64,000 nucleotides of DNA from Balanoglossus misakiensis (taxonomy: Eukaryota > Animalia > Hemichordata): contig CM082577.2 in assembly GCA_040954595.2 (NCBI GenBank), forward strand, positions 4,574,201 through 4,638,200, written 5' to 3'. The position numbers and the translations under genes were made by a program. This document shows, piece after piece, positions 38,521 to 64,000 of the stretch (position 1 is the first letter of the stretch; each line of letters opens with the position of its first letter). A model generated the notes under the pieces. It saw only the letters and a program-made list of their open reading frames with translations. It was not told the origin of the DNA and did not search any database.

Positions 38521-39067
38521 GAAAATATGGTAAGAAGTCGCGTTTTATTTCAAACTGAAAAAGAGGCTACAACTGCAATGAATTCTGATCGATCGTACGT
38601 CGACTGCAGCAATGTTTACGTATCACGTATATACATACCTATCCACACTTGAAGAACTACTACCAACAGGAAACATAATATCAGGATGAAAACAAAACTC
38701 CGCGTATTCGTCATTCTTAGATAAATATAACAGTCTTGGCACTGTGCCTGTATGGTGGAGAAAACCCTTCACTTCGTACCAAGCTGCAATATAACACACA
38801 CAAAAAAGGAAACTCAACTTTTATGGTAAAATTTCCTTGTACAAGTACCCGTTAAAAAGCTTCGATACTTATTAATCTTCTTGTTACTTTAATTACACGA
38901 CTTTCCAGCAATGGCTCTCACATTATTCCAGTCATGGTTGGCTTACATACAATTCAGGTCATGAGTAAATCACCCCCCCCCCCCCCCGACGAGGTGCACT
39001 CAATATACATGTATTGACCTAAATCTAGTTCGGTCAGTCACTAAGTAGTCACACTCAATGCAAGACC

Positions 39068-39272
39068 TCCTATAGACAATCCTATGGGGGGGGGGGGGGG
39101 CATCAAAGCAATAGATTGATTGATCAGGATAAGGGCATTGTTAATTGTCATTTTTGACCAAATTGATTGTCTTAAACACTTGCCCCCCCCCCCATATAGA
39201 CCTTTATACGAACTACCCCTGTTATCGGAATTTTATGATAGTCGGCCAGTCGCCCTATAGGATTGTGTAGGA
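39068..39272. repeat. Imperfect inverted-repeat (MITE-like) element with inner G-run and C-run arms
   Basis: ACAATCCTATGGGG at left versus CCCTATAGGATTGT at right; inner poly-G (~39086-39100) and poly-C (~39183-39193). No TSD established. Confidence 0.4.
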
Positions 39273-39654
39273 TCCTTGACCATGATTGTAGTTTTTTTCA
39301 CGTACCGTACCATCCGGGCTTGTCATTGGCGGGCGGGTCACCAGTGCGACGAACTGGAGACTCCGTTTCTTGTCGTCGGTCAGTTTCCGGGGCTAACACG
39401 AGCTACAGTTTGGTCAGGTCGTCTTTCCCTCGACGTGGATTCGGCGTCTCCATCCGGAAGGTCAGTGGGTTTCAAGCCGCACTCATGCATAGCCAATTTG
39501 GTCGAACAATACACTGTTACACCTGAACATGCGCATTTACTTTTGACCTTTATTTTTGAGGCTGATGTACTACCCATCCCAATATCCATTTTGGGACTTT
39601 TGATGGATTTCATACATACCTATACAGTGGTCAGTTATTCAGGGCACTTTCGGG

Positions 39655-40150
39655 TGCCAGACACACGGCCAACACATCATTGTCGATGACATATCCCCCG
39701 CTGGTTTCACGCTGATTGGAGGAAATCATGGTATGAAGTCAAGGCGTGTCTGCAAAAGGGCTGATAATGTTTAGAAAAGTTTTAGTCTTGAAAGGTGACT
39801 TGTACAACATTGTTCTTGTAGCATGTTGGAAGGAAACCTGACTGACATTGTTTACTAAAGGAAAGGGCAGAGAATTATTGCCAACATGTGGAGTAACCTG
39901 CATACGTGTTGATCCTTACCGGAGCATATTTCAAATTAACTTTTGTCGCATATTCCAAGATTGTGTTTGATCGCCCTTGCTTGGAAAAGCCTGAAAATAA
40001 AATACGAGATACCGTACATAAGTATTGGAGAATTTTACTGTCGAATATTCGTAAAGCTAGCTCTATATCTACGTCTCAGATATCTTTTAATATTGAACAC
40101 AACTTTTTTCCTTTGCTTGGCAAGGATTTCCTGAGCTTTTGTCCAGATTC
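39655..40150 (-). mobile_element. Frameshifted non-LTR retrotransposon ORF2 remnant (RTE-X-like, post-RT region)
   Basis: Across frameshifts the - strand reads IWTKAQEILAKQRKKVVFNIKRYL / DVDIELALRIFDSKIL / ILMYG / RHALT, resembling LINE 'LFD..I.PIL.YG' and C-terminal motifs. Stops and frameshifts throughout. Confidence 0.55.
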
Positions 40151-40262
40151 CTGAACAAGACAAGGTCAGTCCGAGGTAGTTAAAATACGGCCCTCAAAAG
40201 ATACCGACCTTACGGCCCTCGCACGAAACGCCGAATCGATACACATTAGGCGCGAGGGACTG

Positions 40263-43200
40263 TTCGAGACCATTTTTTTCTATTTCTTTTTTTTGGTGAG
40301 AACTTTTAACGACATTATTAATGTAATTTTTATCATTTTCATAAATCCAATTCATTTCAATATCTACGCTGCGTTTTTTATCTGTCGGGTATAAGAAACA
40401 TGCAGGGAAACTTGGTCATTTTTTTTTCGCGGTTCACTTGAATACGGAGTGCTCAGGAGAGAGAAAGATAAACTCGCTAAAACCGTGTCTTTCCGTCCGC
40501 ATGACCAACCAAGGAGCGAAAAGTCGTTATTTGGGCCGTAATAAAACGTTTTTGTCGTCGATGAGTGAATAAAGAACGGTCAGATCGTTGCAGGACAGGG
40601 AACTCTTATTTGCACCGCAGTGGGACAGGGAACTCTTATTTGCACCGCTGCGGTGCAAATTCTTATTTGCACCGCTGCGGTGCAAATAAGATCATGGTAG
40701 TTGTGATGCAATATAGTGCGGTAAATTCCCGACTATTTTAGTACACATCGTGGTGGCGAAGGGTACAGGAAGGCTAGCCTTTTACCTGAAGGTGTCAACT
40801 GATGTTGGTTCGAGACCATTTTTTTCTATTTCTTTTTTTTGTGAGAACTTTTAACAACGTTATTAATGTATTTTTTTTTCATTCCAATATCTACGCTGCG
40901 TTTTTTATCTGTCGGGTATAAGAAACATGCAGGGAAACTTGGTCATTTTTTTTTCGCGGTTCACTTGAATACGGAGTGCTCAGGAGAGAGAAAGATAAAC
41001 TCGCTAAAACCGTGTCTTTCCGTCCGCATGACCAACCAAGGAGCGAAAAGTCGTTATTTGGGCCGTAATAAAACGTTTTTGTCGTCGAGGAGTGAATAAA
41101 GAACGGTCAGATCGTTGCGGTGCAGGGAACTCTTATTTGCACCGCAGTGGGACAGGGAACTCTTATTTGCACCGCTGCGGTGCAAATAAGAATTTGCACC
41201 GCTGCGGTGCAAATAAGATCATGGTAGTTGTGATGCAATATAGTGCGGTAAATTTCCGACTATTTTAGTACACATCGTGGTGGCGAAGGGTACAGGAAGG
41301 CTAGCCTTTTACCTGAAGGTGTCAACTGATGTTGGTTCGAGACCATTTTTTTCTATTTCTTTTTTTTGTGAGAACTTTTAACAACGTTATTAATGTATTT
41401 TTTTTTTCATTTCAATATCTACGCTGCGTTTTTTATCTGTCGGGTATAAGAAACATGCAGGGAAACTTGGTCATTTTTTTTTCGCGGTTCACTTGAATAC
41501 GGAGTGCTCAGGAGAGAGAAAGATAAACTCGCTAAAACCGTGTCTTTCCGTCCGCATGACCAACCAAGGAGCGAAAAGTCGTTATTTGGGCCGTAATAAA
41601 ACGTTTTTGTCGTCGAGGAGTGAATAAAGAACGGTCAGATCGCTGCAGGACAGGGAACTCTTATTTGCACCGCAGTGGGACAGGGAACTCTTATTTGCAC
41701 CGCTGCGGTGCAAATAAGAATTTGCACCGCTGCGGTGCAAATAAGATCATGGTAGTTGTGATGCAATATAGTGCGGTAAATTTCCGACTTTTTTAGTACA
41801 CATCGTGGTGGCGAAGGGTACAGGAAGGCTAGCCTTTTACCTGAAGGTGTCAACTGATGTTGGTTCGAGACCATTTTTTTCTATTTCTTTTTTTTTGTGA
41901 GAACTTTTAACAACATTATTTATGTATTTTTTTTTCATTTCAATATCTACGCTGCGTTTTTTTATCTGTCGGGTATAAGAAACATGCAGGGAAACTAGGT
42001 CATTTTTTTTTCGCGGTTCACTTGAATACGGAGTGCTCAGGAGAGAGAAAGATAAACTCGCTAAAACCGTGTCTTTCCGTCCGCATGACCAACCAAGGAG
42101 CGAAAAGTCGTTATTTGGGCCGTAATAAAACGTTTTTGTCGTCGAGGAGTGAATAAAGAACGGTCAGATCGTTGCGGTGCAGGGAACTCTTATTTGCACC
42201 GCAGTGGGACAGGGAACTCTTATTTGCACCGCTGCGGTGCAAATAAGATCATGGTAGTTGTGATGCAATATAGTGCGGTAAATTTCCGACTATTTTAGTA
42301 CACATCGTGGTGGCGAAGGGTACAGGAAGGCTAGCCTTTTACCTGAAGGTGTCAACTGATGTTGGTTCGAGACCATTTTTTTCTATTTCTTTTTTTTGTG
42401 AGAACTTTTAACAACATTATTAATGTATTTTTTTTTTCATTCCAATATCTACGCTGCGTTTTTTATCTGTCGGGTATAAGAAACATGCAGGGAAACTTGG
42501 TCATTTTTTTTCGCGGTTCACTTGAATACGGAGTGCTCAGGAGAGAGAAAGATAAACTCGCTAAAACCGTGTCTTTCCGTCCGCATGACCAACCAAGGAG
42601 CGAAAAGTCGTTATTTGGGCCGTAATAAAACGTTTTTGTCGTCGAGGAGTGAATAAAGAACGGTCAGATCGTTGCGGTGCAGGGAACTCTTATTTGCACC
42701 GCAGTGGGACAGGGAACTCTTATTTGCACCGCCGCGGTGCAAATAAGAATTTGCACCGCTGCGGTGCAAATAAGATCATGGTAGTTGTGATGCAATATAG
42801 TGCGGTAAATTTCCGACTATTTTAGTACACATCGTGGTGGCGAAGGGTACAGGAAGGCTAGCCTTTTACCTGAAGGTGTCAACTGATGTTGGTTCGAGAC
42901 CATTTTTTTCTATTTCTTTTTTTTTGTGAGAACTTTTAACAACATTATTAATGTAATTTTTTTTTTCATTTCAATATCTACGCTGCGTTTTTTATCTGTC
43001 GGGTATAAGAAACATGCAGGGAAACTTGGTCATTTTTTTTCGCGGTTCACTTGAATACGGAGTGCTCAGGAGAGAGAAAGATAAACTCGCTAAAACCGTG
43101 TCTTTCCGTCCGCATGACCAACCAAGGAGCGAAAAGTCGTTATTTGGGCCGTAATAAAACGTTTTTGTCGTCGATGAGTGAATAAAGAACGGTCAGATCG

Positions 43201-46200
43201 TTGCAGGACAGGGAACTCTTATTTGCACCGCAGTGGGACAGGGAACTCTTATTTGCACCGCTGCGGTGCAAATAAGAATTTGCACCGCTGCGGTGCAAAT
43301 AAGATCATGGTAGTTGTGATGCAATATAGTGCGGTAAATTTCCGACTATTTCAGTACACATCGTCGTGGCGAAGGGTACAGGAAGGCTAGCCTTTTACCT
43401 GAAGGTGTCAACTGATGTTGGTTCGAGACCATTTTTTTCTATTTCTTTTTTTTGTGAGAACTTTTAACAACATTATTAATGTAATTTTTTTTTCATTTCA
43501 ATATCTACGCTGCGTTTTTTATCTGTCGGGTATAAGAAACATGCAGGGAAACTTGGTCATTTTTTTTTCGCGGTTCACTTGAATACGGAGTGCTCAGGAG
43601 AGAGAAAGATAAACTCTCTAAAACCGTGTCTTTCCGTCCTCATGACCAACCAAGGAGCGAAAAGTCGTTATTTGGGCCGTAATAAAACGTTTTTGTCGTC
43701 GATGAGTGAATAAAGAACGGTCAGATCGTTGCAGGACAGGGAACTCTTATTTGCACCGCAGTGGGACAGGGAACTCTTATTTGCACCGCTGCGGTGCAAA
43801 TAAGAATTTGCACCGCTGCGGTGCAAATAAGATCATGGTAGTTGTGATGCAATATAGTGCGGTAAATTTCCGACTATTTTAGTACACATCGTGGTGGCGA
43901 AGGGTACAGGAAGGCTAGCCTTTTACCTGAAGGTGTCAACTGATGTTGGTTCGAGACCATTTTTTTCTATTTCTTTTTTTTGTGAGAACTTTTAACAACA
44001 TTATTAATGTAATTTTTTTTTCATTTCAATATCTACGCTGCGTTTTTTATCTGTCGGGTATAAGAAACATGCAGGGAAACTTGGTCATTTTTTTTTCGCG
44101 GTTCACTTGAATACGGAGTGCTCAGGAGAGAGAAAGATAAACTCGCTAAAACCGTGTCTTTCCGTCCGCATGACCAACCAAGGAGCGAAAAGTCGTTATT
44201 TGGGCCGTAATAAAACGTTTTTGTCGTCGAGGAGTGAATAAAGAACGGTCAGATCGTTGCAGGACAGGGAACTCTTATTTGCACCGCAGTGGGACAGGGA
44301 ACTCTTATTTGCACCGCTGCGGTGCAAATAAGAATTTGCACCGCTGCGGTGCAAATAAGATCATGGTAGTTGTGATGCAATATAGTGCGGTAAATTTCCG
44401 ACTATTTTAGTACACATCGTGGTGGCGAAGGGTACAGGAAGGCTAGCCTTTTACCTGAAGGTGTCAACTGATGTTGGTTCGAGACCATTTTTTTCTATTT
44501 CTTTTTTTTGTGAGAACTTTTAACAACATTATTAATGTAATTTTTTTTTTTCATTTCAATATCTACGCTGCGTTTTTTATCTGTCGGGTATAAGAAACAT
44601 GCAGGGAAACTTGGTCATTTTTTTTTCGCGGTTCACTTGAATACGGAGTGCTCAGGAGAGAGAAAGATAAACTCGCTAAAACCGTGTCTTTCCGTCCGCA
44701 TGACCAACCAAGGAGCGAAAAGTCGTTATTTGGGCCGTAATAAAACGTTTTTGTCGTCGATGAGTGAATAAAGAACGGTCAGATCGTTGCAGGACAGGGA
44801 ACTCTTATTTGCACCGCAGTGGGACAGGGAACTCTTATTTGCACCGCTGCGGTGCAAATAAGAATTTGCACCGCTGCGGTGCAAATAAGATCATGGTAGT
44901 TGTGATGCAATATAGTGCGGTAAATTTCCGACTATTTTAGTACACATCGTGGTGGCGAAGGGTACAGGAAGGCTAGCCTTTTACCTGAAGGTGTCAACTG
45001 ATGTTGGTTCGAGACCATTTTTTTCTATTTCTTTTTTTTGTGAGAACTTTTAACAACATTATTAATGTAATTTTTTTTTTCATTTCAATATCTACGCTGC
45101 GTTTTTTATCTGTCGGGTATAAGAAACATGCAGGGAAACTTGGTCATTTTTTTTTCGCGGTTCACTTGAATACGGAGTGCTCAGGAGAGAGAAAGATAAA
45201 CTCGCTAAAACCGTGTCTTTCCGTCCGCATGACCAACCAAGGAGCGAAAAGTCGTTATTTGGGCCGTAATAAAACGTTTTTGTCGTCGATGAGTGAATAA
45301 AGAACGGTCAGATCGTTGCAGGACAGGGAACTCTTATTTGCACCGCAGTGGGACAGGGAACTCTTATTTGCACCGCTGCGGTGCAAATAAGAATTTGCAC
45401 CGCTGCGGTGCAAATAAGATCATGGTAGTTGTGATGCAATATAGTGCGGTAAATTTCCGACTATTTTAGTACACATCGTGGTGGCGAAGGGTACAGGAAG
45501 GCTAGCCTTTTACCTGAAGGTGTCAACTGATGTTGGTTCGAGACCATTTTTTTCTATTTCTTTTTTTTTGTGAGAACTTTTAACAACATTATTAATGTAA
45601 TTTTTTTTTTCATTTCAATATCTACGCTGCGTTTTTTATCTGTCGGGTATAAGAAACATGCAGGGAAACTTGGTCATTTTTTTTTCGCGGTTCACTTGAA
45701 TACGGAGTGCTCAGGAGAGAGAAAGATAAACTCGCTAAAACCGTGTCTTTCCGTCCGCATGACCAACCAAGGAGCGAAAAGTCGTTATTTGGGCCGTAAT
45801 AAAACGTTTTTGTCGTCGATGAGTGAATAAAGAACGGTCAGATCGTTGCAGGACAGGGAACTCTTATTTGCACCGCAGTGGGACAGGGAACTCTTATTTG
45901 CACCGCTGCGGTGCAAATAAGAATTTGCACCGCTGCGGTGCAAATAAGATCATGGTAGTTGTGATGCAATATAGTGCGGTAAATTTCCGACTATTTTAGT
46001 ACACATCGTGGTGGCGAAGGGTACAGGAAGGCTAGCCTTTTACCTGAAGGTGTCAACTGATGTTGGTTCGAGACCATTTTTTTCTATTTCTTTTTTTTTG
46101 TGAGAACTTTTAACAACATTATTAATGTAATTTTTTTTTTCATTTCAATATCTACGCTGCGTTTTTTATCTGTCGGGTATAAGAAACATGCAGGGAAACT

Positions 46201-49149
46201 TGGTCATTTTTTTTTCGCGGTTCACTTGAATACGGAGTGCTCAGGAGAGAGAAAGATAAACTCGCTAAAACCGTGTCTTTCCGTCCGCATGACCAACCAA
46301 GGAGCGAAAAGTCGTTATTTGGGCCGTAATAAAACGTTTTTGTCGTCGATGAGTGAATAAAGAACGGTCAGATCGTTGCAGGACAGGGAACTCTTATTTG
46401 CACCGCAGTGGGACAGGGAACTCTTATTTGCACCGCTGCGGTGCAAATAAGATCATGGTAGTTGTGATGCAATATAGTGCGGTAAATTTCCGACTATTTT
46501 AGTACACATCGTGGTGGCGAAGGGTACAGGAAGGCTAGCCTTTTACCTGAAGGTGTCAACTGATGTTGGTTCGAGACCATTTTTTTCTATTTCTTTTCTT
46601 TTTTGAGAACTTTTAACAACATTATTAATGTAATTTTTTTTTCATTTCAATATCTACGCTGCGTTTTTTATCTGTCGGGTATAAGAAACATGCAGGGAAA
46701 CTTGGTCATTTTTTTTTCGCGGTTCACTTGAATACGGAGTGCTCAGGAGAGAGAAAGATAAACTCGCTAAAACCGTGTCTTTCCGTCCGCATGACCAACC
46801 AAGGAGCGAAAAGTCGTTATTTGGGCCGTAATAAAACGTTTTTGTCGTCGATGAGTGAATAAAGAACGGTCAGATCGTTGCAGGACAGGGAACTCTTATT
46901 TGCACCGCAGTGGGACAGGGAACTCTTATTTGCACCGCTGCGGTGCAAATAAGAATTTGCACCGCTGCGGTGCAAATAAGATCATGGTAGTTGTGATGCA
47001 ATATAGTGCGGTAAATTTCCGACTATTTTAGTACACATCGTGGTGGCGAAGGGTACAGGAAGGCTAGCCTTTTACCTGAAGGTGTCAACTGATGTTGGTT
47101 CGAGACCATTTTTTTCTATTTCTTTTTTTTGTGAGAACTTTTAACAACATTATTAATGTAATTTTTTTTTCATTTCAATATCTACGCTGCGTTTTTTATC
47201 TGTCGGGTATAAGAAACATGCAGGGAAACTTGGTCATTTTTTTTTCGCGGTTCACTTGAATACGGAGTGCTCAGGAGAGAGAAAGATAAACTCGCTAAAA
47301 CCGTGTCTTTCCGTCCGCATGACCAACCAAGGAGCGAAAAGTCGTTATTTGGGCCGTAATAAAACGTTTTTGTCGTCGAGGAGTGAATAAAGAACGGTCA
47401 GATCGTTGCAGGACAGGGAACTCTTATTTGCACCGCAGTGGGACAGGGAACTCTTATTTGCACCGCTGCGGTGCAAATAAGAATTTGCACCGCTGCGGTG
47501 CAAATAAGATCATGGTAGTTGTGATGCAATATAGTGCGGTAAATTTCCGACTATTTTAGTACACATCGTGGTGGCGAAGGGTACAGGAAGGCTAGCCTTT
47601 TACCTGAAGGTGTCAACTGATGTTGGTTCGAGACCATTTTTTTCTATTTCTTTTTTTTTGTGAGAACTTTTAACAACATTATTAATGTAATTTTTTTTTT
47701 CATTTCAATATCTACGCTGCGTTTTTTATCTGTCGGGTATAAGAAACATGCAGGGAAACTTGGTCATTTTTTTTCGCGGTTCACTTGAATACGGAGTGCT
47801 CAGGAGAGAGAAAGATAAACTCGCTAAAACCGTGTCTTTCCGTCCGCATGACCAACCAAGGAGCGAAAAGTCGTTATTTGGGCCGTAATAAAACGTTTTT
47901 GTCGTCGAGGAGTGAATAAAGAACGGTCAGATCGTTGCAGGACAGGGAACTCTTATTTGCACCGCAGTGGGACAGGGAACTCTTATTTGCACCGCTGCGG
48001 TGCAAATAAGAATTTGCACCGCTGCGGTGCAAATAAGATCATGGTAGTTGTGATGCAATATAGTGCGGTAAATTTCCGACTTTTTTAGTACACATCGTGG
48101 TGGCGAAGGGTACAGGAAGGCTAGCCTTTTACCTGAAGCTGTCAACTGATGTTGGTTCGAGACCATTTTTTTATATTTCTTTTTTTTGTGAGAACTTTTA
48201 ACAACATTATTAATGTTTGTTTTTTTTCATTTCAATATCTACGCTGCGTTTTTTATCTGTCGGGTATAAGAAACATGCAGGGAAACTTGGTCATTTTTTT
48301 TCGCGGTTCACTTGAATACGGAGTGCTCAGGAGAGAGAAAGATAAACTCGCTAAAACCGTGTCTTTCCGTCCGCATGACCAACCAAGGAGCGAAAAGTCG
48401 TTATTTGGGCCGTAATAAAACGTTTTTGTCGTCGAGGAGTGAATAAAGAACGGTCAGATCGTTGAAGGACAGGGAACTCTTATTTGCACCGCAGTGGGAC
48501 AGGGAACTCTTATTTGCACCGCTGCGGTGCAAATAAGAATTTGCACCGCTGCGGTGCAAATAAGATCATGGTAGTTGTGATGCAATATAGTGCGGTAAAT
48601 TTCCGACTTTTTTAGTACACATCGTGGTGGCGAAGGGTACAGGAAGGCTAGCCTTTTACCTGAAGCTGTCAACTGATGTTGGTTCGAGACCATTTTTTTA
48701 TATTTCTTTTTTTTGTGAGAACTTTTAACAACATTATTAATGTTTTTTTTTTCATTTCAATATCTACGCTGCGTTTTTTATCTGTCGGGTATAAGAAACA
48801 TGCAGGGAAACTTGGTCATTTTTTTTCGCGGTTCACTTGAATACGGCGTGCTCAGGAGAGAGAAAGATAAACTCGCTAAACCGTGTCTTTCCGTCCGCAT
48901 GACCAACCAAGGAGCGAAAAGTCGTTATTTGGGCCGTAATAAAACGTTTTTGTCGTCGAGGAGTGAATAAAGAACGGTCAGATCGTTGCAGGACAGGGAA
49001 CTCTTATTTGCACCGCAGTGGGACAGGGAACTCTTATTTGCACCGCTGCGGTGCAAATAAGAATTTGCACCGCTGCGGTGCAAATAAGATCATGGTAGTT
49101 GTGATGCAATATAGTGCGGTAAATTTCCGACTTTTCTAGTACACATCGT
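40263..49149. repeat. Tandem array (satellite) of ~17 copies of a ~530-bp unit; last copy truncated
   Basis: Unit start GTTCGAGACCATTTTTTT recurs at ~40263, 40808, 41335, 41863, 42365, 42892, 43421, 43949, 44477, 45007, 45537, 46067, 46569, 47098, 47627, 48155 and 48682. Confidence 0.97.
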
Positions 49150-50501
49150 TATTGTCATCGATATATACAGGTGGGCAGGTTTCTTTTTGATTGGTACACC
49201 CAGCTTAGCCAGGGCGATGGATTTAATACTTGAATTTTTGCCGTAAGGTGGCGCTGTAGTGTGCTAGACTGTCACACTGTCGTCACTGCTGCACCGTTTG
49301 ACATCCTGCATATCTGGTCAAGAAGATTGAGACTGCATTGTAAAAGGACGGAACAAATGCATAGTACATTGTACTTCCATCATTCAGTTTTGGCCAATAC
49401 CAAATTTTGTGTTGTAACGTTATCACATGTTTATGTTCATGTACATGGTATGAATTGAGTTGTGAAAATGGGTGATTCGGTATATATGTATTTCAGAACA
49501 ACATAAATAATCTATCAAAAGAAACCAAAATAGCTAAAAAACAATGTCAGAGAAAAGAGAGCGAATTTACCCCTTTGTTATACCGAACCCGATCACAATA
49601 GCCGAGAACGCCAACAGGTAGCGCGTCGGTTACATAATTTCTAAGTACACGTACAACTGGCCATTTACAGTAACACTCTACGACTCTATTAAACGGGATT
49701 GTTACAAAACAGTGTTAAAATATTTGCTCTTCAACTGTGTGCTGGCTCGTTTGCTTATAACGGACTCCCAGTTCACCAACGGAGAGGTAACTCTTGGAAT
49801 TTCACAGGATACCACCTCTACAAACATTGCATTCCGGTTTTAGTGTTAACGTTCCGGGTCTCTTTTCTTCAGAATAGCTGGTGAAAAACAATCTAGTAGT
49901 TCTTTCGAGCGTCTTTGCCTAGCAACCGAGGTATAAACGCTCGGTTCACGATGATGACTTACAATGTACACCGTCAGCAACAATGATGGGGACAATTAGA
50001 ACACAGAATAAATATGCAAAACAAAAGCTGGTAACTTTCCAGCCGTATACAGTCGGGCTTAATTTGAAGGGATATCTCTCAGAGGGAGGCGGGTCCTCTG
50101 CAGTTGTGTTGTCTCAAGTTCTGTCCAATGCGCGGCTCAATCGCTGTCCCTAGCCCAGAGGCAGTCCTTCACTGGAGATAGTTAAAAACAAGTGAGGCTT
50201 TCCGAGTCTCTGAAAGAACGCAAGGAATACGGGGGTTGTTCATGAATGGCGTTCAGACAACACGACACGACATAAGAACGTTACATGCACGTTTTTTCGG
50301 CTAAAATTCGTCCACTTTTTAAATTTGGTGAAATCCCAATATACTTCCAAGCGCTCGGGCAGATACAACAGAATACCGGAGACTATACTTTAATGAAAAG
50401 ACATTCCGGGGAACGTCCGATGACCGGGCACTTTTTTATTGTTAATTGCAAACCTTTGAGGGAACCAAGTCGAGTTGAATCGTATAGCTGAAGGCGTAAT
50501 A

Positions 50502-63739
<13,238 letters not shown>

Positions 63740-64000
63740 GTAAGTGTACCATGTTGTTGTTGTTATTGTTGTTTTGCGTCGACTTGATCAATATGATGAC
63801 ACTCGCCCAAGAAAATGAGCAGCTTGACTAGAATACGACGGGAAATACGACGAGATTGAAACACAATTTTTTCAGCGCAAGTACCGAAGATGTGAAATGA
63901 TCTCGAGACGATGAACGTTCAATACAAAATGCCCGAGTTCGTGAAAAGTCTTATAACCTAACTCACTTCACAGACCATATTCTATATTTAAAGCTCCCGG

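Noticed and set aside
38623-38817. Hydrophobic ORF as the missing first exon of sulfotransferase copy 2
   Set aside because: It starts at TTG two codons after an in-frame stop, has no ATG before the hydrophobic stretch, and shows no similarity to copy 1's anchor.
40263-49149. Array as CRISPR, 5S rDNA, tRNA, snRNA or spliced-leader cluster, or as protein-coding repeats
   Set aside because: Eukaryotic context, identical inter-palindrome sequences and no cas genes; no recognisable 5S, cloverleaf or snRNA sequence; ORFs shift frame with poly-T length between units.

Overview
This window is eukaryotic (animal) genomic DNA: intron-rich, with GT-AG introns, and most consistent with an invertebrate bilaterian; the species cannot be called from sequence alone. 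Gene order is AIMP2 (-), BPTF/NURF301 (+, head-to-head with AIMP2), PIGX (+), a 7SL/SRP RNA gene (-), a 7-exon pseudokinase (-), ERI2 (-) head-to-head with REXO5 (+), two tandem CHST11-like carbohydrate sulfotransferases (-), decayed LINE fragments, an ~8.9-kb array of ~17 x ~530-bp units with internal palindromes, and the 5' part of a CNBD2-like cyclic-nucleotide-binding gene (+) with apparent alternative first exons. Most notable: (1) a small intronic ORF with a signal-peptide-like N-terminus and an eclosion-hormone/synenkephalin-like six-cysteine frame; (2) an intact pseudokinase lacking HRD and DFG; (3) a 522-bp palindromic foldback element inside the ERI2-REXO5 shared promoter, a gene pair also adjacent head-to-head in human; (4) a MITE carrying telomeric repeats; (5) the satellite's A-box/B-box/oligo-T junction and a palindrome-bounded micro-inversion. 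Exon structures were assembled by eye and gene names come from recalled motif similarity; no database searches were run.
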